64,000 nucleotides of DNA from Adineta vaga (Eukaryota > Animalia > Rotifera), in contig CP075492.1 in the NCBI GenBank assembly GCA_021613535.1, forward strand, positions 20,274,001 to 20,338,000. The letters run 5' to 3'. Below the pieces are notes generated by a model. It worked only from the letters and a program-made list of their open reading frames with translations, made no database searches and was not told the origin of the DNA. Of this stretch, positions 61,851-64,000 are shown piece by piece (within the stretch, counting starts at the first letter, position 1; each line of letters opens with the position of its first letter). Position numbers and translations under genes: made by a program.

Positions 61851-64000
61851 ATGTTGATCAACCGTTTGTTTTTAATCTATGCGTATTTACATATATCGAT
61901 AATTAATACGAGTCACTTCTTTGGTGGAACAATTACATGGTGAGTTATTTGCAGATTTTCATTAGTTTCATGTAAAACTTGTATTTTTTTAGGCGTCCTT
62001 CTAATAACATTCCATCTGGGTCAACAGTTTCTCTTATCGTACGTAAACGTTGGTCATGGAGACGTGATTATTATTCACCTATGTGTTCTTCTGATACTAT
62101 TTCCGCACAAAGTCCTATGATGGGTGATTTCACCAGTTTGAGTTGTCTATCTGGTAATTGTAGCTATTGGACTGCTACTACTGCCACACAATTATATTGT
62201 ACTGATTTTAGCATTGAATCCGACTTTTCTTCCGGAGAATATTTTTATACAACTCCTATACCGTTTAACCTTTCATTCATTGTGAGTTTTACTGGCAGTA
62301 GTTGGATGCCTAGTCTTGTTGTTGGATATAGCGGAAGCTGGAGTTTTAGGAGTCGAATTAACACTGTACTTCGACCAGATGGCTATATTAACAGTAGTCC
62401 CGTTGCTATCATTGATCCTATTATCTACAAGCAAATAGGTGTTCAACATGTATATACTGTTCGAATGTCTGATTATGATTTAACTGATATACTGAGATGT
62501 CGATGGGCAACGAATCAAACTAGTAATACAAATGGAGGGGATGAGTGTGGTGGTGTATGCCTTGGCGTGCCCGGTGCTGTTCTCATTTCATATAATTGTA
62601 CTATTGTTTTTACACTTACCATTGCTAGTAAGTACGCAGCAGTCGCACTACAATTAGAAGATTACTATGATAGTGCATCGTTAACACCAATGAGTTCGAT
62701 TCCTATTCAGTTTCTATTCTATGGCTACAGTCTTAGTGCCAATTGTACTACTCCACCAGATATTGTTGGATATCGACCAAATAGAGGTAAGATATGACAG
62801 CTTATTGTACATCATTTGATTACTAACAATTATTTGGTTTTAAGCTTGTATCGGTACGTTACCCGGGATCCTTGTCACGGGATATATTATAGCAAGAACT
62901 TATTGTCCCGGAACAAGTATTGATCAGTTTTTGACTATTTCTCCAATTGGTATGACAAAGAGTAATGTTACCGCTCTTAATTCTAGTTAGTACATATTAC
63001 ATTTCGTTCATCTCATAACTTTTATCTCTTGTATATTAGCAACTTATCAAATCACTCTCGCATGGACTCCCAATTATAGCCAAAGTGGTCCACAAGTGTT
63101 CTGTGCAATAGCTGTTGACAATAATTACATTTCGTCCAACCAATGGTGTTTTACATATCTAGTTAATGCCACAACACCCGGCATCATAAGCACAAGGTCT
63201 TATGGTCCGCTTATCTTCTTTCAAGATCAAACTCTCTTCACTATTTACGGTACTATATTTTATACTGACAGATAGATATCACTTATTTCAGTTCTTGAAT
63301 TAAATTCAGGAGTATGACTAAGAATGAAGAAGGGATACTTAATTTTTCCCATTCAGATTCATACCCTACAATTTACTGATTAATTTTTATCGATGATACT
63401 AAAATATATTCATCTTTTCTAGCAACACAAAATGTTAGTCGACCACGACGCACTGGTATTAATATTTATTTTCATGATGCTAATATTAGTGCAATTGTTT
63501 CCACGTTTGATTGTTCTAACGCATCGGAAATAACATATACAGCTAACACTATTCTCGTCAATTTTACCACAGCACCATGGATTTCTGGACACTCGTATTA
63601 TGTCATATTCGATCCAGGTATATAGGAGTTCCTCTATCTGAATTTACTTTTATTTATTTTTTTCCATTCAGGCGTCGTTTTGGGAATAGACTTTTGTGGT
63701 AAGTAATCATTGATTGACAATATCAACTGGAAGAGAAGATATTTACATTATGGCTGTTTATAGGTGCCGAGTCTCTTCCAGTCATCGATCCAACACCCTG
63801 GACATTTAATATTATAGATCAAACAACCACGACTTTAACCACTACGACTAGCACAACTAGTACCTCAACATCATCAAGCAGCACTTCGAGTACTTCAACC
63901 TCCTCGACAAGCACTTCAACAACATCCACCAGCACAAGTTCTACTTCAACGTCTTCAACAAGCACCTCGACATCATCCACCAGCACTTCATCAACATTCA
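61851..64000 (+). CDS. Multi-exon secreted or surface protein with Ser/Thr-rich tail, runs off window
   Basis: Signal-like N-terminus then SHFFGGTITW|; 272-aa exon with NSSP and LRCRWA; many ~50-nt GT-AG introns. Confidence 0.75.

Overview
AT-rich, intron-containing eukaryotic DNA. It is almost certainly a bdelloid rotifer (sub)telomeric region: mixed TGTGGG/TGAGGG telomeric repeats, ~50-nt introns and Athena/Penelope-like RTs. Positions ~3.2-23.0 kb (minus strand) hold a ~20-kb, 5'-truncated Terminon retroelement docked on a telomere tract that interrupts a piggyBac. It carries 216-bp hammerhead-ribozyme repeats, one intact YIDD Athena RT, two catalytically dead RTs fused to coiled-coil ORFs by identical -1 frameshift cassettes, two more coiled-coil ORFs and two GIY-YIG-like genes. 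At 23.0-24.2 kb is a palindromic, telomere-tipped module carrying tRNA-like cloverleaves instead of ribozymes. Further hammerhead/telomere junctions occur at 25.9, 26.2, 32.5 and 45.0 kb, and a second Terminon fragment lies at 52.2-55.7 kb. DNA transposons include three piggyBacs, a hAT, a mariner, a rosa and several MITEs. Host or HGT-like genes include a nurim/MddA-like methyltransferase, sulfotransferases, NHL and Kelch repeat proteins and a Ser/Thr-rich secreted protein. The most interesting unexplained signals are the tRNA-like telomere module, a recurrent ATCT|TGAGGG telomere junction motif, and a YAG|AT acceptor in front of every Terminon cistron. All calls are by eye, and exon boundaries are approximate unless stated.
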